IMG/VR virus record: IMGVR_UViG_3300017613_002395
Source: a virus
DNA length: 64,000 nt
Strand: one strand, 5' to 3'
Shown piece by piece: positions 1 to 9,563 of this stretch. The notes under the pieces were generated by a model. The model was not told the DNA's origin, ran no database searches, and saw nothing but the letters and a program-made list of their open reading frames with translations. Within the stretch, counting starts at the first letter, position 1. Every line of letters begins with the position of its first letter. The position numbers and the translations under genes were made by a program.

Positions 1-143
1 AGCGGTTACGAAAAGAGCCGCTGGTTATCACAGATAAAAAGAACAGGAAGATCACACCAGCAGGCTTTTTTGGGAAAGATGAGATTGTGCGGAAGAAACA
101 ATCACGGAAAAAAGCCAGAGCGAAACGAGAGGACACGGAATGA
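1..143 (+). CDS. 3' end of an upstream gene (partial, Lys/Arg-rich tail)
   Basis: Frame 3 is open from the window edge. The TGA at 141-143 overlaps the ATG at 140 (ATGA junction). No function can be assigned. Confidence 0.35.
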   Translation, partial: RLRKEPLVITDKKNRKITPAGFFGKDEIVRKKQSRKKARAKREDTE

Positions 144-913
144 GCTATCACGAAAACCCGAAGACTAGGGGATCAGGTATTTTGTGTGCAATACCACAAG
201 ATACCCGCTGCCCATACGAATGTGAGGATTGCTTTTTCCAGTCCGGTCGCAGCTATTTAGAGCCACTAGATAAGAATCTGCCAAACATCCCACCCGATCA
301 ATGGCGTGATTTTGTGGTTCGTGTCAATGATGGGAATGATAGTTCTGTTGATTTCCCAACAGTGATGATGAGAACAATCCGTTTTGCAAATAAGTTCTAC
401 AACACATCAAACCCTGCACGGCTGTTAGATTATGATGCTCCCGTTGTGTTGACAATAAACCCAAGGGAGATGACAGATACGGATTTCTACAAATTAGAAA
501 TGACCCCCCTGAATCTGATGTTTGTCCGATTCCGAACAAACACATGGAATCAAGATCTGCTGAGAAAAGCTGTAGAGTATTATGCGCCATTAGCTGTCCC
601 GATTGTGCTGACTTTTATGGCATATCACGGGACGGCCGATCGGATACCACCAGATCACAGACACCACTATATGAGAAGGATCAGGACAAAAAACCAGTAC
701 ATGGCCATTACGACAGATGCCTGGCGAAGTGTAATGGAGCCATGGATAGAAAATAATTGGGTCTATTCATGTGGAAAGGTGGAAGGAGAACGTGGTAATA
801 CACATTGTGACCGCTGTGGTAATTGCCTGCGAGAGTACTACGTGACGATGGATAGAATCACCCGATTAGAACGTGGTGATCCTGATAAGCCTTACAATAC
901 AAATAGTAGCTGA
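140..913 (+). CDS. Cys-rich protein with a radical-SAM-like CxxxCxxC motif
   Basis: 257-aa ORF. N-terminal CPYECEDC fits CxxxCxxC, and a second cluster CDRCGNC lies near the C-terminus. Family not recognised. Confidence 0.4.
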   Translation: MSYHENPKTRGSGILCAIPQDTRCPYECEDCFFQSGRSYLEPLDKNLPNIPPDQWRDFVVRVNDGNDSSVDFPTVMMRTIRFANKFYNTSNPARLLDYDAPVVLTINPREMTDTDFYKLEMTPLNLMFVRFRTNTWNQDLLRKAVEYYAPLAVPIVLTFMAYHGTADRIPPDHRHHYMRRIRTKNQYMAITTDAWRSVMEPWIENNWVYSCGKVEGERGNTHCDRCGNCLREYYVTMDRITRLERGDPDKPYNTNSS

Positions 914-935
914 TGCAAAAAGAGTGGTAAATAAA

Positions 936-1376
936 ATGCAACCACCCAGCGAATTTCGCACGATCAAGCAGCCAAACGGCTCCCGTTTATGTGGGGTTGC
1001 TGTAGCTGCGATGGCTGTTGGCAAGGGTCTTCGTTATGTGTTAAATCGGATCAACACTGTAAGCTGGCCCGATGGGCTCCAGTATGCACGGACCTGCGAT
1101 GTCCTGGAGTTTCTCGGATCGCACGGGATTTTTTGTGGCCTGATTTGCGAGCCCCAACGCCGATTGCGGTCTGGCGATGGTATGCTGTTTGAGATGACGC
1201 TAGACAGCCGCCCCTGTATTTTCACTGTGCCTAGTGAGACATTTGAAGGTCGTTTTCATTATGTGTTTTGGGATGGCCAGCGAGTTCGTGATCCAAATCC
1301 CACGAAGCCCGAGACAACACGAATTGAGGATTATGATGTTGTTTCTGAGATCATACCCCTCACGTACATAGTCTAA
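936..1376 (+). CDS. papain-fold (C39-like) cysteine peptidase
   Basis: In-frame ATG within ORF 873..1376. QPNGSRLCGVAVAAMA gives a Cys nucleophile context, followed by HYVFWDG...RDPN (His/Asp). Confidence 0.4.
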   Translation: MQPPSEFRTIKQPNGSRLCGVAVAAMAVGKGLRYVLNRINTVSWPDGLQYARTCDVLEFLGSHGIFCGLICEPQRRLRSGDGMLFEMTLDSRPCIFTVPSETFEGRFHYVFWDGQRVRDPNPTKPETTRIEDYDVVSEIIPLTYIV

Positions 1377-1402
1377 GCTGAGCTGATTTTTAACTGAAAG
1401 GT

Positions 1403-1687
1403 ATGACGATGAAAACTCCTCCTTGGATTGGCAAGGCACAACGCTGGTTGGATGAAAATGCCAAACGGATTTTTGCGGTATGGCTTGACACCAAGAATGG
1501 CCAGCAGTGGAAAAGGAAACAAAACAGACGACGCATCAGATATCTGGGTGGACCAGCCCCAAACTCGCCTTATGCTTTCGGTTTTGCTCTGCCTGATTAT
1601 CACTACGATCTGATCGAGGCAGTGGGTAGGGGGGACGAAGAAACAGCCAAGGCAATCATGTTGTACGAAGGATCAGAATACAAATAG
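1403..1687 (+). CDS. hypothetical protein
   Basis: 94-aa ORF that fits the plus-strand gene series. No recognisable motif. Confidence 0.45.
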   Translation: MTMKTPPWIGKAQRWLDENAKRIFAVWLDTKNGQQWKRKQNRRRIRYLGGPAPNSPYAFGFALPDYHYDLIEAVGRGDEETAKAIMLYEGSEYK

Positions 1688-1755
1688 CAGCTGATGCAAA
1701 AAGCTGAGCTGAGCTTTGTTTGTGATACGCATTGAATAGCTTAGGGGTTTTTGAG

Positions 1756-2448
1756 ATGGCTGGAAGTGGCAGACGTAGAAACCCGAAGATCAGAAGAACG
1801 TCGATAATGGTATTGGAGCGACGAAAGCGGGTAAGGCGTGATTGGCTGAATGGGGTGGTGATTCAGGAAGAATTAGCAGCCCGGCATAATGTAAGCCAGC
1901 CGACAATACACCGGGACCTGTGCATGATACTGGAGCAGATGCGGGCGGAAGATAGCCAGCTTGCCCTGGTGGAAAAGAGGACACAGCAACAGCGATTGAT
2001 GCGAGTGGTGATGAAGGCCGCTGATGGGTATGAGAGATCACGACTGGATTCGGAGGAGGTGACGGAGACGGTAACACCTGAGATATGCCCTGATTGCAAA
2101 GGATCAGGTTGGCAGGATGCGGATGAGAGGACGGGGGAATGGTGCGAGCTATGTGGAGGTAGTGGTAGGATAGAGGTGAGGGTAGTGCAGCGACGGGTCA
2201 AGGGGAAGGCCGGCGACCCATCATTTCTGAAAACACAGCTTGAGACACTGAAGGAGATAAACAGGATTTCGGGACTACATCCGCAAAAGACAAAGCAGGG
2301 CGATCATCATGACCACAGCCATGTCCACAACCAGATTGATTTGACAAACGCGACGACGGAGGATTTGCTGCAATTGAAAAAGCTGGCATCCCGCATGAAT
2401 CAGAAAACAATAGATGTAGAAGTGGTTGATGTGGAAGGGTCGGGATGA
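1756..2448 (+). CDS. candidate small terminase: HTH plus DnaJ-type zinc finger
   Basis: HTH (HNVSQPTIHRDL), a coiled-coil stretch, and CPDCKGSGW...CELCGGSG (CxxCxGxG twice). Lies upstream of terL. First ATG of ORF 1732..2448. Confidence 0.4.
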   Translation: MAGSGRRRNPKIRRTSIMVLERRKRVRRDWLNGVVIQEELAARHNVSQPTIHRDLCMILEQMRAEDSQLALVEKRTQQQRLMRVVMKAADGYERSRLDSEEVTETVTPEICPDCKGSGWQDADERTGEWCELCGGSGRIEVRVVQRRVKGKAGDPSFLKTQLETLKEINRISGLHPQKTKQGDHHDHSHVHNQIDLTNATTEDLLQLKKLASRMNQKTIDVEVVDVEGSG

Positions 2449-2633
2449 GCAATAGAACTTATGTGGGCGAAATGGAGCTGGCCTTGGAGGAGGCCAACAT
2501 GGCAAACAATGACCGCAACCCAAATCAGCATGCCCAGGTGTATGGTTGGTTGGAGTATGCCTTGGATGTTGTTATTGCAAAGAGGAGCAGGGAGAAGATG
2601 CCGGAGAGGCCCAATAAAGAAAGCATGATTTGA
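2445..2633 (+). CDS. hypothetical protein
   Basis: 62-aa ORF whose start overlaps the previous stop (ATGA). Confidence 0.4.
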   Translation: MSNRTYVGEMELALEEANMANNDRNPNQHAQVYGWLEYALDVVIAKRSREKMPERPNKESMI

Positions 2634-2647
2634 CGAGGAGAACGAGA

Positions 2648-2986
2648 ATGCCTGTCGAAATCACACGAGTTGCTGAGGTAGGGTGGACTAACATCACCGG
2701 GATAAAATGCGGTGTGCCATTTGTTTGTGTTCAGTTAGGCATCGCCCCAGATAGATTTCCTGTAACACCTGGTGATATTGTGGTTTTTCTGAAACCATGG
2801 TTTGAAATTGGGGATAAATATCACGACAGGCTTGTTTGGATTGTTGAGTTGGATATTGTGTTTCGTGTGAAGAAAACAGATGTGTTTGAAGTGCGGAAAG
2901 CAAGACCGGAAGAATGTCAGAGTGTGAATGTGTTTTGGGGTCCAGATGACCTTGATTGCAAAGAGGGTGTTTTGAAGGGCAGTTAG
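2648..2986 (+). CDS. hypothetical protein
   Basis: ATG preceded by GAGGAGAACGAGA, inside ORF 2630..2986. Confidence 0.45.
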   Translation: MPVEITRVAEVGWTNITGIKCGVPFVCVQLGIAPDRFPVTPGDIVVFLKPWFEIGDKYHDRLVWIVELDIVFRVKKTDVFEVRKARPEECQSVNVFWGPDDLDCKEGVLKGS

Positions 2987-2992
2987 TCCCTG

Positions 2993-3550
2993 GTGGGATC
3001 TGCAGTAGTTTTACTCAGTATACGAGCACGAATGATGCACTTTGACATGAAGCATTTTGGTCGTCGGTACATGGATCAGATTATTGATCTTGAGCGGAAG
3101 GTCCAGAATGAGTGCTACGACGAAAACGATATCCGCCGTTTGTTGACTCCCCACAATGCAGCGTCAGCAGTTTTGTTGCACGGTGATCTGTTGTGTGGTT
3201 TTTGTCTCTACAGCTATAGAGCTGAGAAACAAGCGGGACACAGACGCCGGAATGTTGGGATCGATGTGAATCGGCTGACCACACAGACAATCGATCAAGT
3301 TGGAATCGATAATTTTGTCCGCATAGTCTACGTTATGACGGCTTGGATGTGCAAAAAGCTGATTGATGGTGATTACAGAAAGCTCACAATAGAAGTGCCC
3401 GATCAGCACATCGAGACGATTGGGTGTGTTCTTGGGGAGCTGGGGCTTGTGGCTCGACCTGCATGGGATGGGTCGAGTGTTTTTGTGTTCCTGTCGGATT
3501 GGGAACTAAACAGAATTCCGGTGATTGATAATGCTGAGATTGTCATTTAG
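2993..3550 (+). CDS. hypothetical protein
   Basis: 185-aa ORF with a GTG start (alternative ATG at 3032). No confident motif. Confidence 0.4.
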   Translation: MGSAVVLLSIRARMMHFDMKHFGRRYMDQIIDLERKVQNECYDENDIRRLLTPHNAASAVLLHGDLLCGFCLYSYRAEKQAGHRRRNVGIDVNRLTTQTIDQVGIDNFVRIVYVMTAWMCKKLIDGDYRKLTIEVPDQHIETIGCVLGELGLVARPAWDGSSVFVFLSDWELNRIPVIDNAEIVI

Positions 3551-3570
3551 CCGGGGGGTCGAATGGATGC

Positions 3571-5118
3571 ATGGAGTTAAAACCGGAACTGGTAGATGCA
3601 GCAGAGAAAGAGATTCGACGACGTTCTGAAAATGATCCCCTGCTGTTTCTGCGTAATCTAAGAATAGCATCGGCCCAGGGGCCACAGTTGTTTGATTCGT
3701 GCATTGCGGATTTTCAACTGAAGACCTTCGAGAAGCTGATGCCGTCTCTGGCAGCCGTCCGTCTCGGGAGGATGCCGCCGATCCGTCGATTTTGGATTGA
3801 GCGGACAAAAAAGGCATCTAAAGACGCAGATATTGCGGCTGCCCTTTTGTGGCTGACCGCTTTTCCTACCCGACCTCTTCTGGTCCAGGTCTGCGCAGCC
3901 AACCAAAAGCAGGCTGGCATTATCAAGCGACGAGCCGCCAATTTGCTGCATTACAATGAGTGGTTGATGGGCCACGTTTTCATCCAGCAGAATCGGATTC
4001 TTAGCGCCGATCGAATGGCCGAGGTGGTCATCGAATCCACCGACGCAACAGGAGGCGGGTCACATGGGGACACCCCGGATGTGCTGATTCTCAATGAGCT
4101 GGTCCATGTTGCCCGTTGGCCGGCAATGGAGACGCACATGGCCAACGCTGACGGCGTCCCGAGGGGTGTGGTGGTTGTTTGTACCAATGCTGGCATCAAG
4201 GGCACCAGGGCCCACGTCTGGCGACGGAACGCGATAGCAAACCCGAAGCGGTGGGCTGTGTACACATTTAGTAAAAAGGCCCCCTGGCTGGCTGATGCTG
4301 ATGTTGAGGAGGCTCGGGTCCGTGATCCGGTGGGGGCCGAATTTGCCAGGTTGTGGAAGGGAATATGGGTTAGTGGTACAGGTGGGGCACTGAACGATGC
4401 CGCAATTGATGCTTGTTTTAGGATGCAGGGCTGTTTGAACGGCCCGGAGCAGGGGTGGCATTATGTAGCTGGTCTTGATCTGGGCGTATCACATGACCAT
4501 TCAGGGGTTGTTGTTTTGGGCGTGAACGTAGACGCGCAGATAATCAGAACCGCTCGATTCAAGGCGTGGATGCCGACCGTCCCGAATGACACCGGACAGC
4601 TTGAAGTTGATCTGATAGATGTAGAAAATGCATGCGAAGAGCTGAGCAGTCTTTTTCACATCGAGTGGTTTGGATATGATCCGGCGGCCGGTGGATCATT
4701 TATGGCCCAGCGTTTGAGGAAGAGAAATGTCCCGATGCGGGAGATGGCATTCTCAAAGCCGTCGAATCTGACCGAGATGGCTAAGGCCCTGGTATCATCG
4801 GTGTCGGATGGAAAGTTGGAGTGTTATGACGATTCAGACGGGCGGCTGAGGCGGGACTTTGGGAAGTTTTCTATCACACACAGACCACCGAGCAATTACA
4901 AGCTCGAAGCCGTTTCTGATGAGTTTGGTCATGCTGATGTGGGCACAGCATTGGTGATAGCTTTACCGGAGGCGATCCGCATGATGGGTGGCTGGGCCAG
5001 ATTTGGGGAGGGTGATGTCATAGCTAACAACGATGATGCTCCATTGAGCGATGCCGAGGTAGCAGCCATGCCACAGGAGCTGGCTGATATCTACAATTCG
5101 GGGGACGGCGGTTGCTGA
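3571..5118 (+). CDS. terL: terminase large subunit
   Basis: 515 aa. Walker-A-like WIERTKKASKD, Walker-B-like DVLILNE, RNaseH-like nuclease half (AGLDLGVSHDHSGVVVLG ... DEFGHADVGTALVIAL). Confidence 0.8.
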   Translation: MELKPELVDAAEKEIRRRSENDPLLFLRNLRIASAQGPQLFDSCIADFQLKTFEKLMPSLAAVRLGRMPPIRRFWIERTKKASKDADIAAALLWLTAFPTRPLLVQVCAANQKQAGIIKRRAANLLHYNEWLMGHVFIQQNRILSADRMAEVVIESTDATGGGSHGDTPDVLILNELVHVARWPAMETHMANADGVPRGVVVVCTNAGIKGTRAHVWRRNAIANPKRWAVYTFSKKAPWLADADVEEARVRDPVGAEFARLWKGIWVSGTGGALNDAAIDACFRMQGCLNGPEQGWHYVAGLDLGVSHDHSGVVVLGVNVDAQIIRTARFKAWMPTVPNDTGQLEVDLIDVENACEELSSLFHIEWFGYDPAAGGSFMAQRLRKRNVPMREMAFSKPSNLTEMAKALVSSVSDGKLECYDDSDGRLRRDFGKFSITHRPPSNYKLEAVSDEFGHADVGTALVIALPEAIRMMGGWARFGEGDVIANNDDAPLSDAEVAAMPQELADIYNSGDGGC

Positions 5119-5176
5119 ATGCTGCAGAAGTGACCTATGGATATGCAAACAAATTGGTTATACTTAGGAGCAAGCC

Positions 5177-5455
5177 GTGACCAGAACGAAAGTGATGCAC
5201 GATGCCCTTGAGCAGCAAGAAGATCTTCACAAGTTGGTACCGCCGGATGGGGCATTTAATATCTTCCCGGAAGATTTTCTCGTTGGTCTTCGGTCAGCCC
5301 TTGATGCCGGTCTTAGCTGTGAGCAGATCACGTCGATTCTGATGTTGTCGACTGCGTTGTATTCGATGGGAGATTGTTTTGACAATGACTCACTGTTGGA
5401 GAGAACCAGTCGATTGGTTTCTGTGATGAGGGGATGTAAAACCCGCCGTTTTTAG
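5177..5455 (+). CDS. hypothetical protein
   Basis: GTG start 6 nt after TAGGAG. 92 aa. Confidence 0.45.
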   Translation: MTRTKVMHDALEQQEDLHKLVPPDGAFNIFPEDFLVGLRSALDAGLSCEQITSILMLSTALYSMGDCFDNDSLLERTSRLVSVMRGCKTRRF

Positions 5456-5467
5456 AGGAGAAGTGAG

Positions 5468-5866
5468 ATGGCAGATCGAGAGAAGGTTGAGGGGCTGATT
5501 CAGAATTGGATTCAGAATTGGATTCTGGACAACATGCATGTGATCAAGGACATCTTGATCGAGAAGCTCCGCGATGAGGCTTTCTTCCGTCAGGTGGTGA
5601 CAAGCGTTGTCAACTTCCTGAAAGAGAAAAGCATTCAGACGGAGAACATCATCGACGATGCCTGGATTGCTCTCTGGGAAGAGGCCGTCGAGGACGATGA
5701 CGTGATGAGTGCCCTGCATTCGGCAGTTCTGACAACGATCCTTGGACAGGTGGCTGCTCGTCCCACAAAGATCGATTGGGAGAAGTGGGGAACGATCGTC
5801 AACATCGTCAAGGAGGTCATCGCGTTTGTGGTTGAAGCTGTCAAGAAGTTGCTGGAGAAGGAATAA
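5468..5866 (+). CDS. hypothetical helical/acidic protein
   Basis: ATG preceded by GAGGAG. 132 aa. Confidence 0.5.
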   Translation: MADREKVEGLIQNWIQNWILDNMHVIKDILIEKLRDEAFFRQVVTSVVNFLKEKSIQTENIIDDAWIALWEEAVEDDDVMSALHSAVLTTILGQVAARPTKIDWEKWGTIVNIVKEVIAFVVEAVKKLLEKE

Positions 5867-5903
5867 CGGACCTGGACAGATAACCTCATTTGGAGATACT
5901 GCG

Positions 5904-6962
5904 ATGAGGGAAAGAGCCAGGCGTTCCGTCTACTTTCTGGTGATTGTTGCTGTGGTGGCAGCGCCGTCTGTATCCTCTGGTCAACTGACGATTGAGCCCG
6001 TCCATGGTGACGAGAACCCGGTTGCTGTTGGCCAGAGGATACGTCTTTCAATCACAGGGCTCGAAGACCCATCAATGGGTCGAGTCACAGTTTGGCCCCC
6101 GGCATCCATTCTGCCAATTCTGACAGAAGGCATCAGAGCCAATTCCTGGTATGGGTGGGGCAATGTGCCAGAGATCATTTTCTATGCCGATGCCCCAGGC
6201 AGATATCGGGTCGGTGTGCTGGAAGAGGCATCGGGTGCAGATCAATGGGCTGAGTACATTGTCGAAGTGGGGGACGGACCAGGTCCCAACCCTACAATTC
6301 TGATCAGCCCAGTTGAGCCCTTTTCGTCGGCTGGTGAGATTGGAGGTCCATTTTCACCACGAATCAAAACCTATTCGGTCGCAGCACCCAATCCGGGATG
6401 GGAGGTTACAGCCGATGTGGGTTGGGTCTCGGTTACACCTCACACCGGACAGGATGCCAAGGGCAGTGTGGATGTGATCATAAACCCGGAAGCTGAGAAA
6501 CTGTTGGAGGGCACCCACAAAGGATCTCTTGTTTTTACGTCTGGGACTGCGAGGGGTGTGCGAGAGGTCTATCTGACTGTGGGCAACGATCCTGGGCCCA
6601 ACCCAAACCCCGACCCGCCAACGCCTGGCAAGCTGCACGTTTTGATTGTGTATGAGAGTGATCAAAACGAGGAGACCCAGCCAGATTATCTCACGAGCCT
6701 GATACTTCGGAGGTATCTGGATACCCATTGTGATACTGAATCGCTGATGGGCGGACAGGTGCCTACTTATCGGATGTGGGATATCGACAGTGACGTCTCC
6801 GGACAGCCGGCTGATTGGAGAACAGCATTCAACCGGGCAAGGGATGGGCACACGAGCCTGCCTTGGATCACGGTGAGCAATGGAGTTGATTCGTTTGATG
6901 GGCCCTTGCCGGATGATGTTACTGGTGTGGTTGAACTGCTGCAGAAGTACGGAGGAAAGTGA
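5904..6962 (+). CDS. secreted protein with signal peptide, BACON/Ig-like middle domain and thioredoxin-like C-terminal region
   Basis: In-frame ATG after GGAGA. MRERARRSVYFLVIVAVVAAPSVSSGQ looks like a signal peptide. PGPNP linkers are present. GWEVTADVGWVSVTP...GSVDVIINP is BACON-like. Confidence 0.5.
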   Translation: MRERARRSVYFLVIVAVVAAPSVSSGQLTIEPVHGDENPVAVGQRIRLSITGLEDPSMGRVTVWPPASILPILTEGIRANSWYGWGNVPEIIFYADAPGRYRVGVLEEASGADQWAEYIVEVGDGPGPNPTILISPVEPFSSAGEIGGPFSPRIKTYSVAAPNPGWEVTADVGWVSVTPHTGQDAKGSVDVIINPEAEKLLEGTHKGSLVFTSGTARGVREVYLTVGNDPGPNPNPDPPTPGKLHVLIVYESDQNEETQPDYLTSLILRRYLDTHCDTESLMGGQVPTYRMWDIDSDVSGQPADWRTAFNRARDGHTSLPWITVSNGVDSFDGPLPDDVTGVVELLQKYGGK

Positions 6963-7771
6963 TGACCGAATTGATAATCAACGACGACAATTTCCAGGAT
7001 TTTATCGGGGACGGGCACGTTGTTGATTTCGATGGGCCACGTCTATTGAATGCAATGCCCAGGCGTACTCAGTATGGGCAGTATGTGGGAGCGACCGATT
7101 TCACACCTGACAGGTTGATCCCCCGAGACGAATGGCCTGATTTGATTGCCAAGAAGGACGAGGAGGAAAGCTGGCCCGAGGATCTGATGCGAAATTGCAA
7201 CATCGAGGTTATGGACCAGAATGGGCTCGGCTATTGTCATGCCTATTCTTGCGTCATGGCAATGATGGCTCAGCGGGCAATACAGAACGATCCTTTTGTT
7301 TTGCTGTCGGCAGAATCGATTGGCGGGCCAATCACAAATTGGCAGAATGAGGGGGCTTACCCAGAAGACGATTTGGATCAGGCCATTGAGCAAGGAGCGT
7401 GCCCGGCATCTATGATGGACCGGCCATTGTCTCTGCTGCCCAGTAACTGGCAACAGGGATGGCAAGAGGAGGCGAAGAAGTACCGTGTGGTCGAGTGGTA
7501 CGATGGTGATATCAGGGGGAAGACCTTTGATGTTGCAATGACCTATGCACTGTGCAACATACCTGCTTTTGCCGGTTTTGATTGGTGGGGACACGCAGTG
7601 GCGTATTGCTTGAAGGCCAAACACCTGGGCAGAAACCGATATGCCGTTGGAGGACGCAATAGCTGGGGACCGACTTATGGAGATGACGGCTACTTCTTTT
7701 TGGAGGAAGGAAAGGGCACACCAAGCATCGGCATCTTGGGAATCAGAGCAATGACTGTCACATCAGCATAA
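6962..7771 (+). CDS. papain-like (C1 family) cysteine protease
   Basis: QNGLGYCHAYSC (compare QGxCGSCWAFS), GHAVAY, and NSWGPTYGDDGYFFL (compare NSWGxxWGxxGY). RBS GGAGGA. Confidence 0.65.
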   Translation: MTELIINDDNFQDFIGDGHVVDFDGPRLLNAMPRRTQYGQYVGATDFTPDRLIPRDEWPDLIAKKDEEESWPEDLMRNCNIEVMDQNGLGYCHAYSCVMAMMAQRAIQNDPFVLLSAESIGGPITNWQNEGAYPEDDLDQAIEQGACPASMMDRPLSLLPSNWQQGWQEEAKKYRVVEWYDGDIRGKTFDVAMTYALCNIPAFAGFDWWGHAVAYCLKAKHLGRNRYAVGGRNSWGPTYGDDGYFFLEEGKGTPSIGILGIRAMTVTSA

Positions 7772-7782
7772 AGGAGTGCTCG

Positions 7783-8670
7783 ATGAATATATTGATCGTA
7801 GCTTTGGTGGCTTTGGGGATCTGGCCCGATTTGCCACCCGTAGAGACCGACAACCTGCCGGCCGAGGCGGTTGATAGCTATCAGGGCGTCCGCATTCGCA
7901 AGCTGTTTTGGGGGGTGCCCCACACTGAGGTTTTGTCATCTCCTGCTCTGGGCAAGGCCGGGTGTAATTGTGAGATGTGTATGGGAAATCATCTCATGCA
8001 GGAACATGGCCAGAGTTGGGAATTTCTGAAAGAGCTTGGCTCCAGTCACTGGGCTCAGCTTCACTACAAGCTCCACAACGAGCCTGGGTACAGGGGCAAG
8101 CAGGGGGCTGGGCGACAGCATTTTATCTCTCACGGTGAGTATGTGTCAGACACGGGCTCCATCGACTTCTATAATTCGACGCCGATGCGGGGTGTTGTGC
8201 TGATGCTCAATAAGGCGTACCTGAGAAAGACAGATGTTGTCTGCGATTTGGGGTGTGGTGATGGACGGATTCCCATTATGGCAGCAAAGCTGTATGGGGT
8301 AAAAGCATTGGGTATGGACATCAACCCCAAATGCATCGAGGTTTGTGATTTTAATGCCAGGCTGAATGGGGTCGAGAAAAGCGTGGGTTTTGGTGTTAGG
8401 GACATAACAAAAACAACGATGAAGGATGTTAATGTCTATACGATGTACCTGACACCGGCATTGATGAGCAGTGTCAGAGATAGGTTGTTGAATACAGCAA
8501 CCGGAACACGAATAGTCTCGTTCATGCATCCGATGCCTGGCTGGAGTGCGCAGGGACAGGGGCCCGTTTATGCCTGGGTGATCAAAACACACAATCACCA
8601 GAAAAAGGTTTGTGGGTCAGGTGGGTGTCGGATTGTAAATGAAGTGCGGAAGGTGGCTGTGCCATACTAA
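7783..8670 (+). CDS. class I SAM-dependent methyltransferase with hydrophobic N-terminus
   Basis: Motif I VVCDLGCGDGRI. N-terminal MNILIVALVALGIW looks like a signal or anchor. RBS AAGGAG. Confidence 0.6.
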   Translation: MNILIVALVALGIWPDLPPVETDNLPAEAVDSYQGVRIRKLFWGVPHTEVLSSPALGKAGCNCEMCMGNHLMQEHGQSWEFLKELGSSHWAQLHYKLHNEPGYRGKQGAGRQHFISHGEYVSDTGSIDFYNSTPMRGVVLMLNKAYLRKTDVVCDLGCGDGRIPIMAAKLYGVKALGMDINPKCIEVCDFNARLNGVEKSVGFGVRDITKTTMKDVNVYTMYLTPALMSSVRDRLLNTATGTRIVSFMHPMPGWSAQGQGPVYAWVIKTHNHQKKVCGSGGCRIVNEVRKVAVPY

Positions 8671-8680
8671 GGAGAACAAG

Positions 8681-8983
8681 ATGAGCATTGAATGTTACAA
8701 TGATGTAGTTGTTACTGACAAGGATGTGGCTGACGCCAAACAGTTACTGCGGAAGACGAGCCGGGAGCGTCGTCGACGGGCTCGGTCCATATTCCTGCAG
8801 ACGGCCGATTCGTTAGGAGTTAGGCCAAGACACCTGGCGGCTGCTTTGGCGAGAGAGGATGAGGGTGCATTAGAGGCCGTTCATCTTGTCAAGGAGGTGG
8901 AGTTTCCGGATTGGGACATGGATTGGGGTGAGCTACTGCGGATTATCTTGGCCATTGTCTCGATCTTGTTGAGTTTTCTTTAG
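8681..8983 (+). CDS. tail-anchored membrane protein
   Basis: ATG after GGAGAACAAG. C-terminal LLRIILAIVSILLSFL is a likely TM segment. Confidence 0.45.
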   Translation: MSIECYNDVVVTDKDVADAKQLLRKTSRERRRRARSIFLQTADSLGVRPRHLAAALAREDEGALEAVHLVKEVEFPDWDMDWGELLRIILAIVSILLSFL

Positions 8984-9014
8984 ACGTCCAAATGACAGCA
9001 GCTGTTTTGAAAAC

Positions 9015-9206
9015 ATGATCTGGGTTTTGCTGATACCAACGATTTTCTACTTGATGGGAGCTGTTATCTCATTTGTGGTCTTGTCGTTGCAGGTTGGCAG
9101 ATTGGGGTGGACATGGGGCACTGTTTTCAGAGCCTCATTGATTTGGCCGATCATGTGGCTGGCTGTTATCGTTGTGTACAGAGAGAGGGGCAGCTGGTGG
9201 TGGTAA
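9015..9206 (+). CDS. small two-TM membrane protein (holin-like size)
   Basis: 63 aa, with two hydrophobic segments. Confidence 0.4.
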   Translation: MIWVLLIPTIFYLMGAVISFVVLSLQVGRLGWTWGTVFRASLIWPIMWLAVIVVYRERGSWWW

Positions 9207-9259
9207 ACCCATACAGTTCCGAACCAGTCGAGTACTCATTTCCATTGGAGGACGTAAGA

Positions 9260-9535
9260 ATGTTTCGACGCAAACCATCACCTGCTTGTCGGATCGCCGG
9301 TACTGCGATGAAAGCATTTGCTGGCCATAAGTTCAAGCTGTCGAAGGATGGAAGTACAGCAGTGTTTGGGTTGTTGATTTGGTACAGATCAAGCAGGATT
9401 CTGAGTGTGAAAACGGAGAATGGTCGATATTGGCAGGTGCCACTTGGCTGGGGAAAGCGGAGGATGATTGCCAGAGCCTGTAACAAATGGCTTTTGCAGA
9501 AAACCGCTGATCTGTTGGTGCCGCCAAGTTCCTGA
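9260..9535 (+). CDS. hypothetical protein
   Basis: Internal ATG of ORF 9107..9535, preceded by GGAGGA. Confidence 0.4.
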   Translation: MFRRKPSPACRIAGTAMKAFAGHKFKLSKDGSTAVFGLLIWYRSSRILSVKTENGRYWQVPLGWGKRRMIARACNKWLLQKTADLLVPPSS

Positions 9536-9563
9536 TCAAGACAAACAACTTCCGGGAGGTAGC

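Noticed and set aside
2993-3550. GNAT acetyltransferase call for this ORF.
   Set aside because: I could not find the Q/RxxGxG/A acetyl-CoA motif. It is left as hypothetical.
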